Source: Zygophlyctis sp. KS116 (taxonomy: Eukaryota > Fungi > Chytridiomycota). From it: a DNA stretch of 32,000 nt. Each line of letters starts with the position of its first letter. Position 1 is the stretch's first letter. Positions 22,925 to 32,000 of the stretch are shown here, in pieces. The notes beneath the pieces are model-generated. The model did not search any database. It was not told where the DNA came from and saw only the letters and a program-made list of their open reading frames with translations. Location: assembly GCA_054661495.1 (NCBI GenBank), contig BAAFSQ010000090.1:1-32000 (forward strand). The letters run 5' to 3'. The position numbers and the translations under genes are program-made.

Positions 22925-23230
22925 TCAACAAGAGCCAAGATTTGATTTTGGATCCGGTTTCTTCTCTTTCATTCCAGGAGGGATCGAATGAGGAATCCTT
23001 TCTGGCGAGGGATGCGCAGATCCCACTTCGTTTGATTTCCCTACTTTTGCCAGCGCATAGTCTCCTGAATCAAAATACTTGCGATCGCCGTCCTAGAATT
23101 TAAAAAATTTAAATACCTTTAATCTTGAAGATAGAATCTGTTTAGTCGGAGGTAGTCTACCATATTTTGCAAGAAAAGCCTGATCTTCTGGTGATAATTT
23201 CTCTGCATTTTCCTTTTTACTAGAATCCAT
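22925..23230 (-). CDS. IGO1: Endosulfine/ARPP19-family PP2A inhibitor (93 aa), missed by the ORF track
   Basis: Exon 1 23230-23117 (…LAKYGRLPP…), 24-nt intron 23116-23093, exon 2 with the Greatwall/Rim15 site RKYFDSGDYAL and HPSPERIP. Confidence 0.95.
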
Positions 23231-23284
23231 TGTTGGACGGTTTAATAGCGGATCAAAGTCTTAGGATCGCTGTCGCCCAAAACC

Positions 23285-23405
23285 TTGGCAGTGTCCAATG
23301 ACTCAAGAATGGCGCTGGTCGAACATTGGTGGGTCATGCACATTGTCCAAGTAGTGTGTAGGTGGGACCGGTTCCGGACAAGTGCCACAAGTGCTGATAC
23401 TGCCA
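23285..23405 (+). ncRNA. Candidate structured RNA (three-helix junction, ~120 nt), family unassigned
   Basis: GC-rich intergenic island with nested complementarity: tggcagtgtc/gatactgcca, atgactca/tgggtcat and gcac(a)ttgtcc/ggacaagtgc; G-U pairs favour the + strand. Confidence 0.3.
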
Positions 23406-23525
23406 TAAGTGCCACAACTGTTGATAAGAGATACCAGACTATTAAACTCTACAATTCAAAAAGTGTGCTTTGAAATCTCTCCCATGAAAGGATGACGTAG
23501 ATATAAAAAAAAGTCCGAAGATTGA

Positions 23526-25039
23526 ATGGTAATTTCTCTAAATCTCATATATAGTCTGCAAAAGGGAAAAAAAGTGGATCTAAATCTTCTCTAAGTGCAT
23601 CTAAAACTGTTCTCAGTGAAAAAGGAGCTGATGCATTAGAAGCTGAAATTAAGAAATTGACTCTAGAATTGAATAAAGAAAGAGAAGAAAGGAATTTCTT
23701 TCAGTTGGAAAGAGTATTTATTATTATAAGAATAACTGTTAGGATAAGATAGAATCTTTTTGGAATATTACAAAAAATGAATTATCAAATACAAAAGCTC
23801 AATTACTAAATAAAGATCGTGAAATTGAAGAGCATGAAGAGAAGCATCAAGTGGAAATTAAAGTTTACAAACAAAAAGTTAAACATTTACTCTATGAATA
23901 TCAAAATAATGTTGCTCATTTACAAGCAGATTCAGAAAATGCAATCTCTTTAAAACAAGAAGAACATCGAAATTCTGAATTACAATTAAAAAAAGATAAA
24001 AGAGCTCTAAAAATTGAATTAAAGGAATTTGAACTCTCTCATCAAGATATAATCAAGAATTTAATTCAGAAACATGATCAGGAAATAACTAAAATGAGAG
24101 CAGATTTTGAAAGAAGAGCTAAAGAACTACATGTTAAATATGATAAGAGAATCAAGGCAGTCAGAGAGGACTTGGATTTGAAAAGGAAAAATGAAATTCA
24201 TGAAATTGAAGAACGTAAAAACTCTCAAATTAATGCTTTAATGAAGAATCATGATAAAGCATTTACAGAAATTAAAAATTATTATAATGATATTACTCTT
24301 AATAATTTGGCATTAATAAATTCACTCAAAGAACAAGTCGAAGAAATGAAGAAAAAGGAAGAAAGATCAGAAAAAGCAATGATTGATATTACAGCTGAAA
24401 ACAAGAGACTCTCAGAACCATTACAAATTGCATTATCAGAATGTGAATCTCTTAAAAGAGAATTAACACATTATAAAAAAGATAAAGCAAGTTTACAAAA
24501 TACAAAAGCGAGATTAAAAGTTTTAGAAGAAAAACATAAAGAACTCTTATGGGAACATGAAGTTTCTGATCAAAGATTTCAAAAAGTTGAAAGAGAAAGA
24601 GATGAATTATATGAAAAATTTGTTGATAGAGTCATTGGAGTTCAACAAAAAACAGGATTCAAGAATTCTATTTTAGAAAAAAAAGTAGAATTACTTTTAG
24701 AATCTTTAGAAAAAAAGGAAATTCAAATCTCTGAAGTATTAAAAGCCACCAACCTTGATCCCTCTGCTATTTCATCTTTAACAAGGAGATTAGAAGAAGT
24801 CTTGAATGTCAAGAACCAACAAATCAAAGAGTTACAGTATGATTTATCAAAAGTAACAAAGGTATTTTTAATATTATTTATTCTAGGCACATAATGACAT
24901 GATTCGTGTTTATGAAGCTAAACTTACAGAATTTTCTATTCCAGTTGAAGAATTAGGATTCAAACCATTGTTCATCTCTTCTAAAAATATAGCAGCTCCA
25001 AAGAATCCATCTGGGTTTGTAGCAGCTCCAGTGACATGA
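23526..25039 (+). CDS. GAS8: Nexin-dynein regulatory complex subunit 4 (GAS8/DRC4/trypanin)
   Basis: ATG followed directly by intron 23529-23554; EREERNFFQLER|DKIESFW, HQVEIKVYKQKVKHLLYE, IKNYYNDITLNNLALINSLK, AHND...YEAKL...IPVEELGFKP. Confidence 0.95.
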
Positions 25040-25115
25040 TTATTTTCTCTTTTAATCTTAGTTTAATAAAAGCGATTTATAGACTAATAAACAGTTAAAA
25101 AACATTTCAATTTCC

Positions 25116-26140
25116 ATGTCCAGAAAAGATGAAGACGCTTTTACTGAGCCTGCATTCATTCCTAGATCTGTTGCACCACAGAAATTCTCAAGTCCTGGAG
25201 AATATTTGGATTTTCTAAAGCAAAATGAATTAATAACTTTTGAAAATGATTCCACTCTACAAAATTCAACAGAGAGTGAAATTGGGAAAATGATATTCAA
25301 GACTACTCAACAGTCTTGTCATAAAACAGTTGATTTGGATGAATTGAATCGTAATTTCTATTTTTGGGATTTCTCTGGAAAAACGTTGGATTCTGTCTCT
25401 AATTTCCCAAAACTTTATACTAGATCTAAAGTCTCAATCTCTGATTTCTCTCGTAAAATACCCAGTAATGATCATTCTTTTGCTTTACAACTGATAATGT
25501 CTAGAGACAGACTTGAATCTATTCATGAAAAGACTAAATCATCCACAAAAACACTATTAATGACTACGACAGAAATTGAACATGATGAAGAAGAGTAATT
25601 TTAGTTTTTTTAAATTACTATAGTATATTTGCAGATGCTGGAAGAGATTATGTCGTGACTGTTGATGAATCTTATCAGTATTCAAATTTACAAGATTCTA
25701 TAGACTTTCAAGATTCTATTCAAGATTTAGAACCGATTAATATGGATAATATAGTTAATATAGATATTTTAAAGAATTCAGCTGCAGATATTGTAGATAC
25801 TGATATGATGGATTTGGATTTGGATGAAATAGAATTTAGTAATTTTCAAGACTCGAGTATACAGCCTACAAAGAAACTTAAATTAAGATCAGATTTTGAG
25901 TCTGAAGAAGCATGGAACTCTTATAGTGAAACTCAGTCTCTTTTACTATCAAGTAGCCGTGTCTCTTTTCAAGATTCTAAACCAAGGGGGAGAGGTCGTG
26001 GTGGGTCTCAGCGTGGTTCTAATCGTGGTTCTAATCGTGGTTCTCAGCGTGGGTCTACAAGAGGAAAAGGAAAATTAGACAAGGAATTAGATGCAGTTGG
26101 AAAGGTTTATCAGGAAAAGTATGGATCTTCTCTAAAATAA
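25116..26140 (+). CDS. Divergent spliceosomal protein RED/IK (SMU2)-like
   Basis: Intron 25595-25623 gives DEEDIFADAGRDYV. Motifs NRNFYFWDF...FPKLYTRSK, DFESEEAWNSY and KLDKEL occur in the order recalled for RED (GRMAYVVDL...IPTTLIRSK, DF-x-TEEEW, LD/N-x-EL). Confidence 0.6.
26003..26062. repeat. 12-nt coding tandem repeat x5 (GS[Q/N/T]R)
   Basis: gg(g/t)tct(cag/aat)cgt units, the last one degenerate. Confidence 0.85.
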
Positions 26141-26180
26141 AACTATTGGTTTGTATAATGAGGTGTAGGAAAGGATAAAA

Positions 26181-26992
26181 ATGAAAAACCTGTTAAAGCG
26201 ATCGATTCTAATGAGATCGCCATATGATCTTTTAAAGAATATAGATCATAAGATCAAGGCAGGAAGACTTTCAGGTAGACCGCCCTGGTACGATGCAATG
26301 AAATTGGTTCCAATGGCTCCAATGCCAAGTGCATATGAAGATACTGTGAAATCAGGTGCTTTTGGTGGAATAGATTCGTCAATTGAGAAAACACAACTTT
26401 ATTACTCTACGAATCAAACTAGGAAAATTCAAAAAAGGAAAAATGTGTCAGTTATGCCAATCAAGATGTGCAGGGAAATTGAATTTCCAGAGGATTTAAT
26501 CCGTGCTAAATTCTATGAAAGTCATCCATTTGAATTAAATAGACCAAGATCGCTGATTGATAGTGATTACGCATTGTTACATAGAGATTGGTGTTCTATT
26601 TATGGAGGGAATATACCGGCACAAGTGACTGGTGAAAGGTTGGTTTTAAATTTTTAAGTGCTAGTGTGGTTCAGTATACCTTATATTTGATGTCTGAAAA
26701 GGGTGGTGCGTTAAGTGAGACAGAGGCTTACAAAATTGCACTTGATGAGTTTTACAGGGTGAGAAAAGAAGAAGAAATTAGAGAGAGAGAAGAAACATTA
26801 TTAAAAACTAAAACAGCAAAAACAAAGGTTACTCAAACACCAACCGCTCCGTCAATAATGCAGGGTGCGATTGAATCTTTAGAGGCTATGGATTTAAATA
26901 GTACAAAGCCTAAATCTGAAAGTATAATTAAAATTGAACAAATTGAAATTGAAGATGGACAAGTATTTGCTCAAATTCAAACAGAAGCGTAA
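26181..26992 (+). CDS. RSM25: Mitochondrial small-subunit ribosomal protein mS23/Rsm25
   Basis: PPWYDAM, FPEDLIRAKFYESHPFELNRPR, VTGE|SVVQ (intron 26639-26664), AYKIALDEFYRVR. Confidence 0.9.
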
Positions 26993-27086
26993 GATTTATA
27001 TAGTTTTTAATCAAAAGTTTGGAAACTAAAAGAGCTGCATATAAGAAATTGGCAGCGTTTGAACATCAGCAGACTATGGCCAAGGG

Positions 27087-28284
27087 TTAATTCTTCTTTC
27101 CAATGGGTTTCATAGTATTTTCTGCTAAAATTTCAGCGTCCTCTCGTTCTTGATTGGCTTTGATCTCTTCTAATTTCTTTTGAATCATTTCATGAAGTCC
27201 AAGAGAGGTTTGAACTGTTTCTTTTTCGGATTTTTCAGTATTATGAGATTTCATTTGTCCTTCCCATTGATTTGGTCTAATATACCACTGCCCATATTTC
27301 GGACGTATCTTTTTCTCGCTTTTTGAATGATAACTAAAGCCAGGGATTGATTTGGTTGATTTTTCTTGAGATCCATTTCCGTTTTCTATACTTACTCCCA
27401 GAGTTTTTTGTAGATTTTTTACAAGTAAATCAGGTGGTGCCACTTCCTGAACCACGTTTAGTCTGATTGGTGGTTTTGAATCAAATAAGGAAGGTTTACA
27501 TGCGTTAAGCAAAACATCTAATGCTCCTATATCTACAGTCTCATGTAAAGGAACAGATGTGACACGATCAGGATCAGGATTATTTGGATCCAAATCTTCA
27601 ATGAGAACTTCTGGTTTATCCAGCACATTCGTGGCCCAATTTTGCAATTCTTGAGTTGTCATTAGCATTTCTTCTAGTGAAACTTGCTCAATAGCTTTCT
27701 TGGTTGATTCTTTTTTAGATTTGACCACTTTTACTTCAATCATTGTAGAGTATCGTTCAAATTGACTTTTCTCTGTTCTTTCTTCATCTTCGTTTGCAAT
27801 AAAAGAGCTGCTACTATTGACTGAAATATCATTTTTAGCAATCACTTCCTTTTGATCTATTGGAAAAGGAATATTGCAGTCTAAATCTAAAATTTCCTTT
27901 TCGGACAAGACTGAATCTAATCTTTCATCAAACCGGGTTGAATTATTTAAAACCTTTTCAAGATTTCTTAGTATTTTCGAATTCTCAATAGTTGTTTTTT
28001 CCACAATTTCTTTTTGTAATTGAGAGAGTCCTGCATACTTTTTCTATTTTATGATCATAAATATCTTACCGAGTCATGTATAATTTCAGACTCTAATGCT
28101 TCAATTGTCTTGAGATTATTTTTTCTTCTTTCCTGTCTGCATTGAATTGTATCATAGGGATTTTTAAACTCTTCTACTCTTCTTAAAGCTGATATATTCA
28201 ATCTGTTTTCTTATAATAGTAAAATTACCCCTTGGATTTGATCTTTCTTAGAGTCCAAGATGTTGGATGTGAAGAATCGGCCAT
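27087..28284 (-). CDS. Hypothetical protein (3 exons, coiled-coil, KYGQWYxxPxxW motif)
   Basis: ATG 28284 (MADSSHPTSW...) spliced through two ~26-nt GT-AG introns into the 305-codon ORF in frame. Confidence 0.65.
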
Positions 28285-28490
28285 ATAAAACAATGTGATA
28301 GGTAGACGTGCAAATACGTCATTTTGCATCTACAAATTTAGACAATGTTTTGATAATGACTTGGACATGTGCCGGATCTTAAAGCTTTAAATGTGCAAGT
28401 TTTACAATCGGGAAAACTGAAAGAAATTTGTCCGAATATTTTGACAATAATCGCCTAGCTCAAAGCCTAACTAAACGTCTGAAGCCATAA

Positions 28491-31400
28491 ATGAACTTTG
28501 AGCAACTCAAGCAAAGTCTATTGTCTTCTCAGTCGGACTCTGAAAGAGTAGAAGTCAATCAGAGACATTTAATTGACAAGATTCTTGCGAGATACTCTGC
28601 AGAGCATACGATTTACAGAGAAGTAATTTGAATTTTTAATGTCAAGTTGTTACAAAATTCCAACGATGCACATGCTTCGAAAGTGACAATCAGCTTTATT
28701 ACCAATGATAAGAAAATAATTTCACTTTCCTGTAAATTTGTAGACTGTAATTCTAGATCAGAATAATGGAAAACCATTCTCAGCAACTGATTTCACCCGC
28801 TTAACAAATATTGCTCAGGGGAATCCGGACGAACAGAAAATCGGGTTTTTTGGTGTTGGATTTTACTCACTCTTCTCAATATGTGAAGAACCGTTCGTGA
28901 CTTCAGGGTAATTTAGCGGTTTGAATTCTTTTAGTTGTCATACGTTGGGGTTCTTTTGGAAAGGAGATTCACTATTCACAAAAAAAGGAACAGTTCCTCA
29001 GGGCCAAGAAACGGAATTGACTACATTTTGGTTAAAATGTAGAGAACCATTGGAAATGCCAAAGTCTAGTGATTTCGCTAGATTTTTAGCTACATCATTG
29101 GCATTTACAACTCATATAAAGGAAGTGGAAGTTTTTGTTGATAATAATAGGACTCAATACTTTCTAAAAAAGGTTTCAGTACCAAGACCTCTGTCATTTC
29201 CGAGTGGAGATTTTATTTTAAACTCACAAAGCTCTATATTTAAACTTCAGACTGTAGAAATTCAAAATATTCAATTGGATGTTTATCTTAAAGAAGAAAA
29301 ATCATCTTTTTTAGGTCCCGTAAAGGTGGTTGAAACAGAATCTAGTTTATTTACAAGAATAGCTTTCGGAAATCTTGATGTTAATGTTTCCAAAAATATG
29401 GAAAAGGAAATGGAAAGAACTACCAAAAAGAAGCCACCAAAGACTGTTAAACTACAAATAATATATTCAAATTATGATGAATATACAAGCTCAGATTTAG
29501 TAAAAGAGAAAACAGATATATTTTTGGATATTCTGCCGGGACCAAATTCTCAGGGGCGTATTTTTATAGGTTTTCCTACCTTTCAGACGACAGGTTGTTC
29601 AATTCTGTTATCTACCCATTTAATACCAACAGTTGAACGTGAAAGTATTGATTTTGTTGATAAAACTCTTAATGTCTGGAATCAAGAGCTTTTGTCTATG
29701 GGTGGATTATTGGCTCGGATAGTTGCCGAAGATGATTTGGATTCAACTGCAAAACTTTATAGTGAAATGAAATTAGACGCAACTGGTGAAGAGTGGCTTC
29801 AAAAAAAGGGGAATCATAATTTACTCTCTTTTACATTTCATAATTCGACTCCATCACCAATTGTCAGCAGGATTATATCAGTCTCTTTTTACAAGCTGTC
29901 TTCAAAGCCGATTCGTATAGTATCGACAAAGGGTATACTTCCAGTTTCGTCTGTAAGATTAAACGATCCTGAATTATCTGAATTTTTCAAGTCAATTCCA
30001 ATTGTTCCTCTTTTAACAGAATCATGCTGTAAAGAACTTATCAAACGGCTTACTGATAATGGAAGTTTACGAAAAGTTGATCTAGAGGACTTATTTGAAG
30101 AGCTGTCGAAGCGTCCTTTGACCTCTGCCGAAACAGTTTCGATTTTTCAATATTGGATCAGCAAATGGAGGCAACAGAAAATTAGCCGTAGCCTTTCAGA
30201 TCGGTTACGCTCAGTTTTGGTGATTGCTGAAAATGATACATTGATTCTCATGGCTCCTGTAAAATATTTTGCTTTGCCTCAGCTTGTTCCTTCCGACTTG
30301 CCTCTTCCGGAAACGGTTTTACCGTTAACAATCACTAAATATTTTATTAAACCTGAACTAGAACAGGCTTTATGGTAAGTATAGTCTTATTAATGGGAAG
30401 GGGACTTACGGAATATACCATATTGAATTGGCTGGATTTCATCACCAAAGAAAATCGATTTGGGCTAGATCCTAGCTTTACTGAAAAAATCATGGGAGTT
30501 TGTAGTAGACATTACGGTTCCCTTTCGCAGCAGGATAAGCTTTCAATGACCGCACTTTTATCAAAAATGAGCTGTATAGTTACACGCCTAGGAATGAAAA
30601 TTCCTTCTCATAGTTATTTTAATTCAGTTAGTCTTTTCGATGACTTACCAACTGTTCATTGGACAAATCCAAAATCTATTTCAGATTTATTTCAAAAGGC
30701 GATTGGAGTTCGTGATCACGTAGAATTGCAGCTTGTATTTGATAGGCTTTTAGACTTAAACTGGAATCATACACAGCTTATTAAATATTTAACTTCTGTG
30801 CAAGATAAATTAACCACTATGGAATTCGCCAGACTTCAAGCAACGCCAATGTTTCCTAAAGAAGTGTATGGTGAAACCCCGTCATCTAAAAAGGAGAGAT
30901 TTCAGGCAAAAGATTTATTTGCTCCAATCGATTCTTTCAGGTCCTTTGACCTTCCATTACTGGCATGGGATGGTAAATGGCGATATAATTCAAATGAAGG
31001 TAAAATTTACTGTCTGTCTAATATATAAGCAAAGTTTATGGAGACTTTGGGCCTCAATTTATCACTTCCATTGGACATTTTCTTCAAATTGGCGGCAAAT
31101 TCTCCCGCTAAAATCCGCATGGGAGTCCTTAAATATTTTATTGATAATTATGAAAGCTACTACTCTTCAAAATATCGCCCAAATGAAGCGAACGTTCCAT
31201 TTCTACCGATTTTAAACGATGAAAATATTCTTTCTACTCCATTACTTTGTTATTCAGAAGATGGATCTAAAGTCCTAGGCTTCAAAATTCTTCATCGAGA
31301 TTTAAAACAGCATTTCCAAAAATTTGGGGTCCGAAACCATCCGCCAAATACAGAGCTGCTTCAAGCTTTGGGAGCCAATCCACCTACATTAGAAAACGCA

Positions 31401-32000
31401 CAGTCGGTTTTTAACTATCTACTGTCACGACAGCATGGTATGTAAAATAAACTGATGGTAGATTTTGATCGTGATAATTGGTCACAGTTGCGGAATATGA
31501 AATTCATTCCTGTTATAAAAAATGGCAAACCATTCTGGATGGCTCCTGTGAATGTATACTTCGGAAAATCTGAAGATAAAATGCTTACTGATTACTTTAC
31601 GTATATCGGTATTTATATATTTATATTTAATAATATGTTTAGATTTTGGAGTATCAAGCAACATCTTTCTCGGTGCATGCGGCGTAAAAGATGAGCCAAC
31701 TCCAATTGAATTAGCATATATGATTATACAAGAACCAGATGTTATGCTCTCAGACCATGGAGTAGAAAATTATTTAGCATTGTTACGCCAGATAGCCTCT
31801 AATTATATGTCATTGAAGCATGATTCTAAGTTAGTTTCATGTATGAAAAAATCGGCATTTCTTATAGGTATAAAAAGTAAAGATCATTCCAATGATACTG
31901 ACGTAGCTTATCAGCTTGTCCTAGCTAAAGATGTATATCTAATTGACGATACGGTTATCGGACAATTATTTAATGTTTTGGGAGCCCCTGTAGAGTCAAT
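28491..32000 (+). CDS. Large DUF3684-type protein with N-terminal GHKL/sacsin-like ATPase (3' end outside window)
   Basis: VEVNQRHLIDKILARYS..TIYRE|LLQNSNDA, NNGKPF, IAQGNPDEQKIGFFGVGFYSLFS, GRIFIGFPTFQTTG, PTVERESID; multiple 24-30 nt introns. Confidence 0.85.

Noticed and set aside
23260-23420. Assignment as 5S rRNA, SRP RNA, U1/U2/U4 snRNA or TPP riboswitch
   Set aside because: Diagnostic motifs are missing (ACTTACC, GTAGTA, GNRA-capped helix 8, CTGAGA, intact box C, Pol III T-run on the + strand); kept only as an unassigned candidate
23285-23473. 62-aa + strand ORF and short minus-strand frames in the IGO1-GAS8 spacer
   Set aside because: Non-ATG first codon, no recognisable motif, atypical composition

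Overview
AT-rich, very compact eukaryotic genomic DNA, most likely from a zoosporic (flagellated) early-diverging fungus such as a chytrid. The taxon is inferred from fungal-type NoxA/NoxR, Rsm25 and DUF3684 genes next to the axonemal gene GAS8/DRC4. Genes are broken by 24-32 nt spliceosomal introns, so the ORF track shows fragments; manual splicing recovers about 16 genes. The main observation is a physically clustered NADPH-oxidase locus at 987-6839. It contains a gp91phox/NoxA catalytic subunit head-to-head with a p67phox/NoxR gene, a p22phox/NoxD-like gene (first exon missed by the ORF track) head-to-head with a second NoxR, and a third NoxR. The NoxR paralogues are mosaics of each other and lack the canonical activation motif. 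The cluster is flanked by a secreted reeler-like His-repeat protein, which shares MEF2/Rlm1-type promoter sites with noxA/noxR, and by an HCN/CNG-like channel with an AAGFG filter. The rest of the window holds a three-module Vps10, IST1, an Osm1-like fumarate reductase-cytochrome b5 fusion, Vps8, endosulfine Igo1, a candidate structured RNA, GAS8, a divergent RED/IK, Rsm25, a hypothetical protein and a partial DUF3684 GHKL-ATPase gene. All splice models and homologies were read by eye and were not confirmed by searches.
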